This document shows positions 52,461 to 64,000 of a stretch of DNA of 64,000 nucleotides, in pieces. The DNA comes from the human T2T-CHM13v2.0 reference genome, Homo sapiens, in the NCBI RefSeq assembly GCF_009914755.1, contig NC_060936.1; one strand, written 5' to 3'. Each line of letters starts with the position of its first letter. Positions within the stretch are counted from its first letter, which is position 1. Below the pieces are notes generated by a model that was not told the origin of the DNA, made no database searches, and saw only the letters and a list, made by a program, of their open reading frames with translations. The translations under genes and the position numbers were made by a program.

Positions 52461-53300
52461 TGCTACTAGTGACCCCTGGCGATAGGTCAGAAGGAGCGTT
52501 GGCTACTAGTGACCCCTGGCGATAGGTCAGAAGGAACGTTGGCTACTAGGGACCCCTGGCGATAGGTCAGAAGGAGCGTTGGCTACTAGTGACCCCTGGC
52601 AATAGGTCAGAAGGAGCGTTGGCTACTAGTGACCCCTGGCGATAGGTCAGAAGGAGCGTTGGCTACTAGGGACCCCTGGCGATAGGTCAGAAGGAGCGTT
52701 GGCTACTAGGGACCCCTGGCGATAGGTCAGAAGGAGCGTTGGCTACTAGTGATCCCTGGCGATAGGTCAGAAGGAGCGTTGGCTACTAGGGACCCCTGGC
52801 GATAGGTCAGAAGGAGCGTTGGCTACTAGGGACCCCTGGCGATAGGTCAGAAGGAGCGTTGGCTACTAGTGACCCCTGGCGATAGGTCAGAAGGAGCGTT
52901 GGCTACTAGGGACCCCTGGCGATAGGTCAGAAGGAGCGTTGGCTACTAGTGACCCCTGGCGATAGGTCAGAAGGAGCGTTGGCTACTAGGGACCCCTGGC
53001 GATAGGTCAGAAGGAGCGTTGGCTACTAGGGACCCCTGGCGATAGGTCAGAAGGAGCGTTGGCTACTAGTGACCCCTGGCGATAGGTCAGAAGGAGCGTT
53101 GGCTACTAGTGACCCCTGGCGATAGGTCAGAAGGAGCGTTGGCTACTAGTGACCCCTGGCGATAGGTCAGAAGGAGCGTTGGCTACTAGTGACCCCTGGC
53201 GATAGGGTCAGAAGGAGCGTTGGCTACTAGGGACCCCTGGCGATAGGTCAGAAGGAGCGTTGGCTACTAGTGACCCCTGGCGATAGGTCAGAAGGAGCGT
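52461..53300. repeat. Minisatellite, 21 x 40 bp, near-perfect
   Basis: Unit ggctactag(t/g)gacccctggcgataggtcagaaggagcgtt; one 41-bp unit at 53181. Confidence 0.98.
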
Positions 53301-53509
53301 CCTCTGCTGCAAGTGATCCTGGAGCTGAGTCTTGATGTCCATGGCTGGATGTCAGGAAGAGACCATGTGGGTGACAAGGGGGCAGGTGTCTCATGCAGGA
53401 GGGTTGCGAGTACAGGACAAAGGAATGATTCATGTCCCAGGAAGGATGGGGCTGGCAGCACAAGATTTCATCACACTACTCAGAATGGCATGCAATTTAA
53501 AACTCGTGA

Positions 53510-54075
<566 letters not shown>

Positions 54076-54697
54076 TAAACATGCTGCTTTGATCACAGAT
54101 CACCCTGGTCTCTTTTCTCTACCAGCTCAAGAGACAAAGCAGCTCAAAGCCAGAAACGGGCTAGCCACCTGCCAACTCAGGGGAGCCCAGCGGGGAGAAC
54201 GACCAAAGGCACAGAGCAAGTGACATGGCCCAGAGGGTGAGCCAAGCGTGGTGTCAAGTCTCCGGCCAGGCTGGCTGATGGCTTTGGGGACCTCCTGTCT
54301 CTCCTGGAATACATCTGAATCCACCTATTTCACTCCATTAAGCCTAGTCTGTGGGCTTTTATTTTTTTTTTAAATTGCCAGCACAGACAGATGTTCAATG
54401 GCTTTTAAAAACCATCTTAGAGCTACATGCTTTCTGCACATCGTCTTTAGTCTTCCCAAGCAGCTGGTTTGCCTCCTGACAGTCAATGCATGAGAAGGGT
54501 CCCCGAGGCCAGGCATTCCTACAGGTGCTAGCTAGTTCATGGGAGATGTGGGATGAGTAGAAACAGGGAGAAGGGGCTGCACACCAGCCAGGAGCTGTGC
54601 CAGTGCGATGGACAGGGACACCAGCTGTTAGAGGCTCTGAAGTCAATGTCCCCACCCCCACTACTCAAAATAAGTAAATAATAATCCGTGGCTGTAA

Positions 54698-55081
<384 letters not shown>

Positions 55082-55096
55082 TCATTCAACAAATAC

Positions 55097-55228
55097 TTTA
55101 ATTTCTTTGCAAAGATGGGGTCTCATTATGCTGCCCAGGCTGGGTCTCAAACTGGCTTCAAGCAACCCTCCTGCCTTGGCCTGCCAAAGTGCTGGGATTC
55201 CAGGCATGAGCTATCACTGTGCCCAGCT
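55097..55228 (-). mobile_element. FLAM / Alu left monomer
   Basis: Antisense monomer followed by a third ttcattcaac copy and L2 sequence. Confidence 0.75.
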
Positions 55229-57034
55229 TCATTCAACACTTTTTGAGTGCTCCCTCTTTTCATATACTCTTCACCCACTGGATATGCAGGTGAGAAGAAA
55301 CATACGTTTTCTATTGCCATGGAACTAACATTCTAGTGGAGGAGACAGAACGCATGCATGCACACATTTCTTACACTGATAAGTTCCATGAAGAAACAAA
55401 GCAAAGCAAGAGGTGAGAGGGCTCAGTGTAAGGAGCGGCTACTTAGAACCACTTACCTTATTTTATTACTCATGTTTCTGAAAAACCATAAAGCCAGCAA
55501 GGAACACACGCAGGCAGGCAGAAGGGAAATACGTAGACATACACAGATGTCTTTTATGCCTGATTTGCCCTCTGCCTAATATGAGACTGGAGAAAGAACT
55601 CTCCTTGTTCCTACTGAACACAGACCACCACCCAACAACAGTCAAGGATGTTATTTAAATATTTTACAAATTGTTATGTGGGAACATTGTCTATGGATTC
55701 ATAGGAATCGTTATGACTCCATGCAGACCAGGTTTTCTCATTTGGAAAAACAGAACTTTGATATAGGCTGCACCCCTCAACACACCCTCCCAGAAATGGA
55801 TGGCTAAATTGGGAGGGGATGGCGAGAGAGGGTAGAGGGACCTGCATTCATTCATCACCATTTCCAGAAACACAGAGCAAACTGTTTGCCTCATTGATAC
55901 CAAACCAATAAACGACAACACATTCTGAACTGCCCACATGTCAATGATTGGGATGTGGCGGCCTCATTCTTCGCATGTCACTGAGTCTCCCATCATGGGG
56001 TCATCAAATAAACCAGCAGACAGGCAAAACCAGAGTCCCGCTCCTGTTGCACATAATGAACCCTAAGCCATGTCGAGTCCTTAACACGGTGTCTGGTAGA
56101 AAATCAATTTTAGCTATGATGATGATTATTACCATTATCTTCTTTGTTACACAGAAACCTGGATGCCCTGAATACCTGAATAAAATTTTACCCCTTTTCC
56201 ATCTCATCCACTCTTCTTAAAAACAAAGCCCTGACTCTTCTTAAAAACAAACAAACAAAAACAAAGCAAAACAAAACAAAAAGAAACAAAGCATAATCCT
56301 TGCCTCCAATGGGAGATATCAGATGTGAGCTCAAAGTTCTAATCAGCCTCATAAGTTCCAAATGTAGCCAAGTCAATCACCTCAGCAGAGCCAGCAGGAC
56401 AAATATTTGCAGACAAGCAGCTCAGGGGGCCTCCCCAGCACCTACTATTTCAGAACACTCAACTAACTTCCATGTTCCCAGGGCTCCACGATTCACAGGG
56501 GGCTGAGATGTGCCTAGTTTTCAGGGTTTAGGATAAGACCTAATTTTACTGTCTGTTAAGAACCACAACCCCCTAATTTCATTACATTACATAATTGAAC
56601 TGTATTGCTATTTTCTCAGCCTTCATGGTTACCAGTGTTTTAGAGAAATTGCTTAAATATACTTATTTAATTAAAGAAGGCATTCTAAATCAAAAGCGGA
56701 ACTATGGTTAATAAACGTAAATTCTCAGGGATGTCTTTTGGGAGGTTGTTAATTTTTTTATTAACAATTTTTCATTGAAAAATGGTATAGAAACGTTATA
56801 AATATTCAAATGGCATGAATGGGGATATAAGAGAAGTTCCTCTTGCTACAGACATCTATCGTCAAACTTCTGAGTTTAGTGGGACATTTTCTAAGAGATT
56901 AACATACTTAGATACATGGATTTAAAATATATGTACACCAATGACAACACGCTGTACACACAGTTATACTATATATATGTATATGTAGGTATATATATAA
57001 TGTATATACACACACGCATATACGTACATGCACA

Positions 57035-57373
57035 CAGTCATGCACTGCACGACATTTTAGTCATCAATTAACTGCATGTACAACAATGGTCCCATAAGAT
57101 TATAATATTGTATTTTTACTGTACCTTTTCTATGTTTACATATGTTTAGACACACAGATATTTACCATTGTGTTACAGTTACCTATAGTTTTAGAACAGG
57201 CACATGCTGTATAGGTTTGCAGCCTAGAGCAATAGGCTATACCATACAGTCTAGGTGTGGAGTAGGCTATACCACCTATGTTTGTGTACTCCATGATGTT
57301 TGCAAAATGACAATATCACCTAATGACGCATTCCTCAGAGTGTACTCCTGTCATTAAGCAATGCATGACAGTA
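57035..57373. mobile_element. Tigger3a (MER7A)
   Basis: TIR-like cagtcatgcactgc / gcaatgcatgacag; internal ggtcccataagattataat...gcctagagcaataggctatacc. Confidence 0.8.
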
Positions 57374-57377
57374 AATT

Positions 57378-57720
57378 GATAGATAGATTAGAAAGATGGA
57401 TAGATGGATAGATGGATGGATGGATGGATGGACAGCTGGACAGATGGATGAATGGGTGGGTGGGTGGGTGGGTGGATGGATGGATGAGTTGATGAGTTGG
57501 TGAGTGGGTGGGTGGGTGGATGGATGGATGGATGAGTGGGTGGGTGGGTGGATGGATGGATGAGTAGGGGGTGAGTAAGTGGGTGGGTGGGTGGGTGGGT
57601 GGATAGATGGATGGATGGATGGATGGATGAGTGGGCGGGTGGATGAGTGGGTGGATGGATGGATGTAAGGATGGATGGATGGATGGATGGATGGATGGAT
57701 AGATAGACAGATAGATAGAT
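57378..57720. repeat. (GGAT/GGGT/GATA)n compound microsatellite
   Basis: Directly visible. Confidence 0.97.
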
Positions 57721-58050
57721 ATTCCTCAACTTATGATGGGGTTACATTCCAATAAAACTTACTGTAAGTTGAAAATATCATAATTGAAAATGCATTCTAC
57801 ACTCTACCTAGTGAACATCAGAGCTTAGCCTGGCCTACTGTGAGAATGCCCAGGGTGCTTCTATTAGCCTAAAGTTTGGCAAAATCATCTATAGTGTTGA
57901 ATGTCTCATGTAATTTACTGAAAACTGTATTGAAAGTGAAAAACAGAATGGTGCCATGGGTGGTCCAAGTATGGTTTTCACTGGATGCTTATCACTTTCA
58001 CACCATTGTAAAATAGTTATAAGTTGAACCACCATAAGCTAAGGCCATCC
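57716..58050. mobile_element. Tigger4b (Zombi)-like
   Basis: cctcaacttatgatggggttaca...gtaagttgaaaatatcat...gaacatcagagcttagcct...tttcacaccattgtaaa. Confidence 0.75.
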
Positions 58051-58059
58051 ACACAAATA

Positions 58060-58930
58060 TATACATAAAAACATATCTTGGGAATGTATCGATGTAAAGC
58101 ATTTATAGATCCACTGCATTCTTTTTTCTACACATACTAATCCATTGTGTGCTAGTATCTGAGCAAAATCTGCTTGACTGGTGCCCCCTCGATGGACACA
58201 GAGGTGGTTCCTAATCTTTGATACCATAGCAAGTGCTTCAGGAAACTGCCATGTCCACACAACACTGCACACACATATATGTGTAGGATAAATTCTTAAA
58301 AAAGGAATTGCCAAGTCAAAAGAGATGCATGTGCTCAATTTGTATAGAACTTGCGAAATTGACATTCAGAAAGATCCTATACACGTTTATATCCACTGAC
58401 AGTGTCTTAAAGTCCTTGTTTTCTTTCTTTTTGATCTTTGCAATTCTGATGAACACAGTATTTCATTAAGTCTGAGTGGTATTGAACATTTTTTCACATA
58501 TTTATCTTTGAATTTTTGTTTTTAAGTTAAACGTCTGTTCAAATCCTTTGTCCATTTCCCTGTTGCTTTCTTAGTCTTGTTTTTATTGTTTATTAGGAAA
58601 TTGATTTGTAAGGAAAATCCCTTGGTCCATTTGGAATTTGTTTTAGCATGAAATAAAGATCCAGCTTTATATTTTCCTGTATGGTTTTTAAAATCACACT
58701 ATTCATTAAATGATTCATCCAGTACCTGTTGGCATAAATGCCATTGGTAAAATATACTAAGTTTATTTGTGTTTTTAGGCTTATTTTCTTGGACTATCCA
58801 CTTGCTTTTATTAGTCTGTCTGCCTTCTCATGCACCAGTCCCTAAATGCTTTAAACACAATAGCTTATGACATATTTTAATATCTGGTAGGGCTATTTTC
58901 TTCCTATTGCTTCATTTTCAGGAATATCCT
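58060..58930 (-). mobile_element. L1ME fragment (continues at about 56750-56960)
   Basis: tgtaggataaattctt..aaggaattgc..agtcaaa; ctgttcaaatcctttgtccatttc. Confidence 0.6.
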
Positions 58931-59689
58931 AATACCACATATTTCAGTAAGAACCACTTCTGTTAGCACATTTTTAAAGATAACTTTTCAGTTTGCAGAA
59001 AGAAAAGAAATGAAAAGAAAAAAAAGAGAAAGAAAAAATAAAAACTCACAGAAGACTATCAAAAGGTGCTACCAGACTTTGGGACAACATTCCTCCTAGA
59101 GATTAAAAGTAACACTTATCAGTCAGTTATGTGAGTGACAACCCACATCGGTAGTTCTCTGAGACTATGATAACTGGCAAATGTGTTTTCACAGACATCA
59201 GGGTGACTGAGTCACAACACCGCACCAGCGACCTCAGGATAGCTTCCTTTACAACAGCCGCATCCCTAAGTGACTTGTGGTTTGCGTTCATAGTATCCAT
59301 TTTGGGCAACAGCCTTGGCTCAATGCATCCAATGAGGCTGGCCTCCGACAATGATCAGCTTTCTTCTTTCTGGTCACTGTGATTGGGTCCAAACATATTG
59401 ATGAATCTTGGGAATTTTCCAGGAGTGACAAGAAAATTATTACTCCCTCCTTCCCAGCTTCCTCATTCCTGACTTGACTTGGGAGAGTGTGAGATTTGAT
59501 CTACTGCACCACGAAGAGGCTGAGCATGATGTCAGCCCATGGGAAGGGAGAAAAATCAAGTCCTACTGGCATTGGGGCCCTGGATTCAACCATTCCTGAA
59601 GCAAGATCTATGCCTGTCTTTTGTTACAGGAGACATCCAGTTCTCTGCTAGCCCACTTTTTAAATGTTTTAATCATTTCAAGTTAGAAT

Positions 59690-59986
59690 TTTTTCTTTTA
59701 TTTTTCATTTATTTTTACTTTTTCTTTTATTATATTTTTAATATTTATATTTCATTGTGGTAAGAACAGTTGACATGAGATCTATGCCTTCGACACATTT
59801 TTAGGTGCACAGTAGAGTATTGCTGACTATAGGCACAGTGCTGTGCTGTGGATCTCTAGAGCTTATGCGTCTTGCATAACTGAGACTTCATGCCCATTGC
59901 ACAGCAACTCCCCATTCTCCCACTCCCTGCCTCTGGCAACCAACACGCTACTCTCTGTTCTATGAGTTTAACCATTTTCTGACACC
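59690..59986 (-). mobile_element. L1MA9/MB-type 3' end
   Basis: tgtggtaagaaca..acatgagatcta...actataggcaca...gatctctagagctt...ctctggcaacc. Confidence 0.75.
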
Positions 59987-60863
59987 ATCAGCTGAAAGCA
60001 TCCGTTTAGGTGTAGAGAGTAAGTGTGGTTTCTTGCTGTCTTTACAACTTCTGAGACTTCTTACACAAGTTCCCATCTTACAGTGAAGTGGGAACAAAAC
60101 TAAATGTTCATTCAATAGGGTAGTTCCACTCTGGTGAGAACACTTGGTTTAACTCTTCAGGTAAAACCGTCTCTCGGAGCTGTCTCTCTTCTCTCCAGCA
60201 AGAGGACCAGGAATATGAGGAGGAACATGGTCTACATGGGAATCATAGCAGAAGGAGGGACATGTCCAGGTGCCTCTTGGACATCTGCACTGTCTGTTCT
60301 CAGGTTGTCTGAGCTAGCGTGGGGTTCGATCATCACAGGTGCAATGGGGCACTCTGTTAGCATCTTCTGCAGAAGCCAGTGGCTGGGGTCCCCTGGGGTT
60401 TCATTTGTGTTATGGGATCCTCAAAGTCTGGTTAAGACTTCCACTGGCCTGACTGTCCCCTGTCCTGATGCCCAGGTACTCTGCCCTGCAATCATAACCA
60501 AGAATGTGCTTATTTTATTTAACAAATGTTTATATAACCCTTGTCATGTACCAAAAAAGCTTCAAACATCCACTTGTTTTTTCTCATATGAATAAAATAA
60601 CAACTTTGATTCATTCCTGAAACCCTGTTGCTAAATGAAATGCTATTGAAAATACATGTCTGCGTGTGTATATTATTCATATTAATAGGAAAGATTATGA
60701 TGGTTTCCATTTCAAATAGGCAGCTCCCTAGACATTAGAAACCTAAGCTACACCTGCATTCTCCTTTAGAGCACGTATATTAACATTGTCAAGCCCCAGT
60801 AATTCACAGCAAGCAAGGAGAGGATCCATTGCAAGGCTAGGATTTAAATTAAGAAGAAAGCTG

Positions 60864-61202
<339 letters not shown>

Positions 61203-61250
61203 CTATTTCCATACAGTTTATTAATAAGCTAATTAGGATTCATACAGGTT

Positions 61251-61850
61251 ATGTTAGTTTTCTAGCCTTGCCATAACAAATTCCCACAAACTGGGTGGCA
61301 TAAAACCAAAGAAATTGATTTTCTCACAGTTCAGGAGGCTAGAAGTCAGAAATCACTAGCTCTCAAGGCCTTGCTTCCTCTGGGGCTCTAGGGAAGAATC
61401 CTCCCATTGCTGCCTCTGCTTCTGGTGGCAACCAGCACTCCTTGGCATTCCTCACCCGGGGCAGCATCACCCCCGTCTCTGCCTCCATGGTTACACAGCT
61501 CCCTTCCAGCATGTCTGTGTCTTCACGGGGCCTTCCTTTTTAAATTTTTTCTAGAGACAGGGTCTCACTCTGTTGCCCAGCCTGGAGTGAATTGGTTCAA
61601 TCATAGGTCACTGCAGCCTCAAACTCCTGGGCTCAAGTGATCCTCCTGCCTCGGCCTCCCAAGGTGCTGGGATTACAAGAGTGAGCCACGGTGCCTGGCC
61701 ACGTGGCTTTCTCAAAGGAATACTGGACCTTGGGTTTAGGGCCCACCCTAAGTGTGACCTCATCTGAACCTAATTAAATCTGCAGAGAAGGTCACATTCA
61801 CAGGTACAAGGGATGAGGGCATTTTCAGGAGCACAGTTCAACCCACAACA
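61251..61850 (-). mobile_element. MLT1B/C LTR with nested FRAM/FAM monomer (61537-61700)
   Basis: ccataacaaattcccacaaactgggtggc...ctcacagttcaggaggctagaagtc...acagttcaacccacaaca; monomer TSD-like cacg(g/t)ggc(c/t)ttc. Confidence 0.75.
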
Positions 61851-63341
61851 CCGGTCATTTCAGTGGGTTCTCTGCAAACTTCAGTGGGCAGACTTTCATG
61901 GATGCCATTTCCACCCAAACACAGTGCACAATTAAAATGTTGTTCTACAGGATGTTCTCCAACTAGAAAGTGTGAGATGAGTAAATTGCTTAAACCTGTA
62001 ATGTTGAAAGAGCACTTCTCATAGTGTGCTGTTGGAGTGAAAAATCAATACCCTACTAAAAGAGTCTTGTCTGAAAACTGGTATAACTTTGTAAGAGTTG
62101 TTATGAAAAGAAGTTTTACCCCATGTTACAGATTAAGTTCTCTGCAGCACAGAGAGGTTGAGTAGCTTGCTCCAAGTCACATAGCTAGTGGGCGGCCGAC
62201 TCCAGGAGCTCTGTTCTTACACACTGTGCTGTGCTGTTACTTTTGGTCACTGGAGGGTCTCTGCTGGCAAATGTGACAATTTGTGCCCTATTTCCCGTCT
62301 CTTCATAGGGAGCATGGATCTGAGTACATGGATACCGCCAGGCTACAGAGTAGAGTCAGCCTGTGCTGATAGGAATTTACACCTGGCTTCAATAAACCCT
62401 GCACATTTAGTTGTCGCTTAATCACCCCGTGGGGCAATTTCCTTCCAGAATTCAGATTACTTAGAGTGGAGGCCTGGCCTTGGGGTTCCCGCCTATATCC
62501 CTCTCCCAGATTAGGGTCTCAGCCCCATCAGGGGCAGGGGAGACACCTCCTTCACTTGGTGCTGGAGGCAGTCCGCAGCACTCTTCTCCCTTCTCTCTTT
62601 CCACAGTCCCTCAGGCCTGAATTTATGTCTGCAGAGCTGGGGTTTGATCTTTACCCATCCTGTTCGCCTCCTCCCTGCCCTTGGAGTATAATAAAATCTA
62701 TTAATGTAATCTGCTAGGTCTCCCTTATGGTCTATTAAAAAGGGAAGGAATAGGAAGATTTTTCAAGAGATCCCTCTCTCAGTCACGCCATAAAATCTGG
62801 CTTTCAAGTCAACTTTCCTGCTGAGGATGAAAATCCCATATTGGATATTAGGACCTAGGTAATGGCCTGTTCTTTTTCTCTTCAACTTCCTGCTGTAGAA
62901 CCAGCTATCCAACATCACAGAAGAGCCTGCTGAAACTTACAGAGCTCCCACCTGAATTTGACACATGCCTCTTCGGCTCACACTTCACATGTGACCTCAC
63001 CTAACATCAAGGGGGGTGAGGAAGTCAATCCTACCACCCCCTTCCAACCCAGGTGAATGGATGTGTTGGACTGGCCAAGAAGAAAGTGGTTTACTCAGAA
63101 ATGCAGAAGAGAAAGCACATTTAAGTATTTCAACAAACGACCTCCTTTCTCATTTTACAAACAAGAAAACAGATTATTTAAAAAGCTTCCAAAGACTGGA
63201 TATTTCCTTAGCTCACCTGAGTAGACTGCCAGACATGTGAAAGAAAGGAGCACCTCTGAAATTTCACATCACTCGTTGGGTGAGGTGATTGGTGAGAATT
63301 GTATCACCATTTCCTCCAGACACACAGTGAAATTCACTTCC

Positions 63342-63975
63342 TGATATGGTTTGGCTGTGTCCCCACCCAAATCTCATCTTGAATTGTAGCTCCCATAATT
63401 TCCCTGTGTTGTGGGAGGGACCTGGTGGGAGGTAAGTGAATCATGGGGGTGGTTCCCCCCTACTGTTCTCGTGGTAGTGAATAAGTCTCATGGGATCTGA
63501 TGGTTTTGTAAGAGGAAACCTCTTTGGCTTGGTTCTCATTCTTTCCTGCCTGCCACCATGTAAGATGTGTCATTTCCTCCAGACACACAGTGAAATTCAC
63601 TTCCTGATATGGTTTAGCTGTGTCCCCACCCAAATCTCATCTTGAATTGTAGCTCCTATAATTTCCACGTGTTGTGGGAAGGACCTGGTGGGAGATAAGT
63701 GAATCATGGGGTGGTTTCCCCCCTCCTGTTCTCATGGTAGTGAATAAGTCTCATGGGATCTGATGGTTTTGTAAGAGGAAACCCCTTTGGCTTGGTTCTC
63801 ATTCTTTCTTGCCTGACACCATGTAAGACGTGCCTTTACTCCTCCTTTGCCTTCTGCCATGATTGTGAGGCCTCCCCAGCCATGTGGAACTGTGAGTCCA
63901 TTAAACCTCTTTTTCTTTATAAATTACCCAGTCGCAGGTATGTCTTTATCAGCAGCATGAGAATGGACAAATACA
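63342..63975 (+). mobile_element. THE1C-like solo LTR with a 263-bp tandem duplication of its 5' part
   Basis: tgatatggtttggctgtgtcccc...gaatggacaaataca; TSD cttcc at 63337, 63600 and 63976. Confidence 0.92.
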
Positions 63976-64000
63976 CTTCCCTACTCCCTTTGACTTTGGG

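Noticed and set aside
52461-53300. CRISPR-like or coding interpretation of the 40-bp array
   Set aside because: Head-to-tail repeats with no unique spacers, no cas genes, a eukaryotic context and stop codons; it is a minisatellite.
57388-57729. His/Pro-rich 113-aa ORF
   Set aside because: Translation of the (ATCC/ACCC)n repeat.
60134-60595. 153-aa plus-strand ORF with an internal acceptor-like ctcttctctccAG
   Set aside because: GTG start, no recognisable homology and no convincing donor; compatible with chance.

Overview
Primate (very probably human) genomic DNA, almost entirely intronic. One coding exon is supported: a 147-bp minus-strand exon at 44718-44864. It encodes (R)[48 protein letters not shown](S), which I recognise as an internal exon (exon 3) of TMEM132D, so the window is most likely the flanking parts of the two very large introns around it. 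The rest is transposon-derived or simple repeat: about 25 Alus, L1PB1/L1PA/L1MA/L1ME, L2/MIR, MaLR and ERV1 solo LTRs, Tigger/MER DNA transposons, two minisatellites and several microsatellites. Nearly all ORF-track entries are Alu, L1 or simple-repeat artefacts. I found no convincing new gene or multi-component system. The best leads are: (1) a 21-copy 40-bp VNTR born inside a Tigger2 element, where a binary T/G variant toggles an ER8 nuclear-receptor motif; (2) an AluY with an apparent 50-bp 3' transduction at a target site present three times; (3) a CpG-rich candidate poison exon in intron 3; (4) a TSD-supported micro-inversion that splits an Alu near exon 3; and (5) several template-switch, duplication and inversion scars. 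Repeat subfamily calls are from memory of consensus sequences and are approximate.
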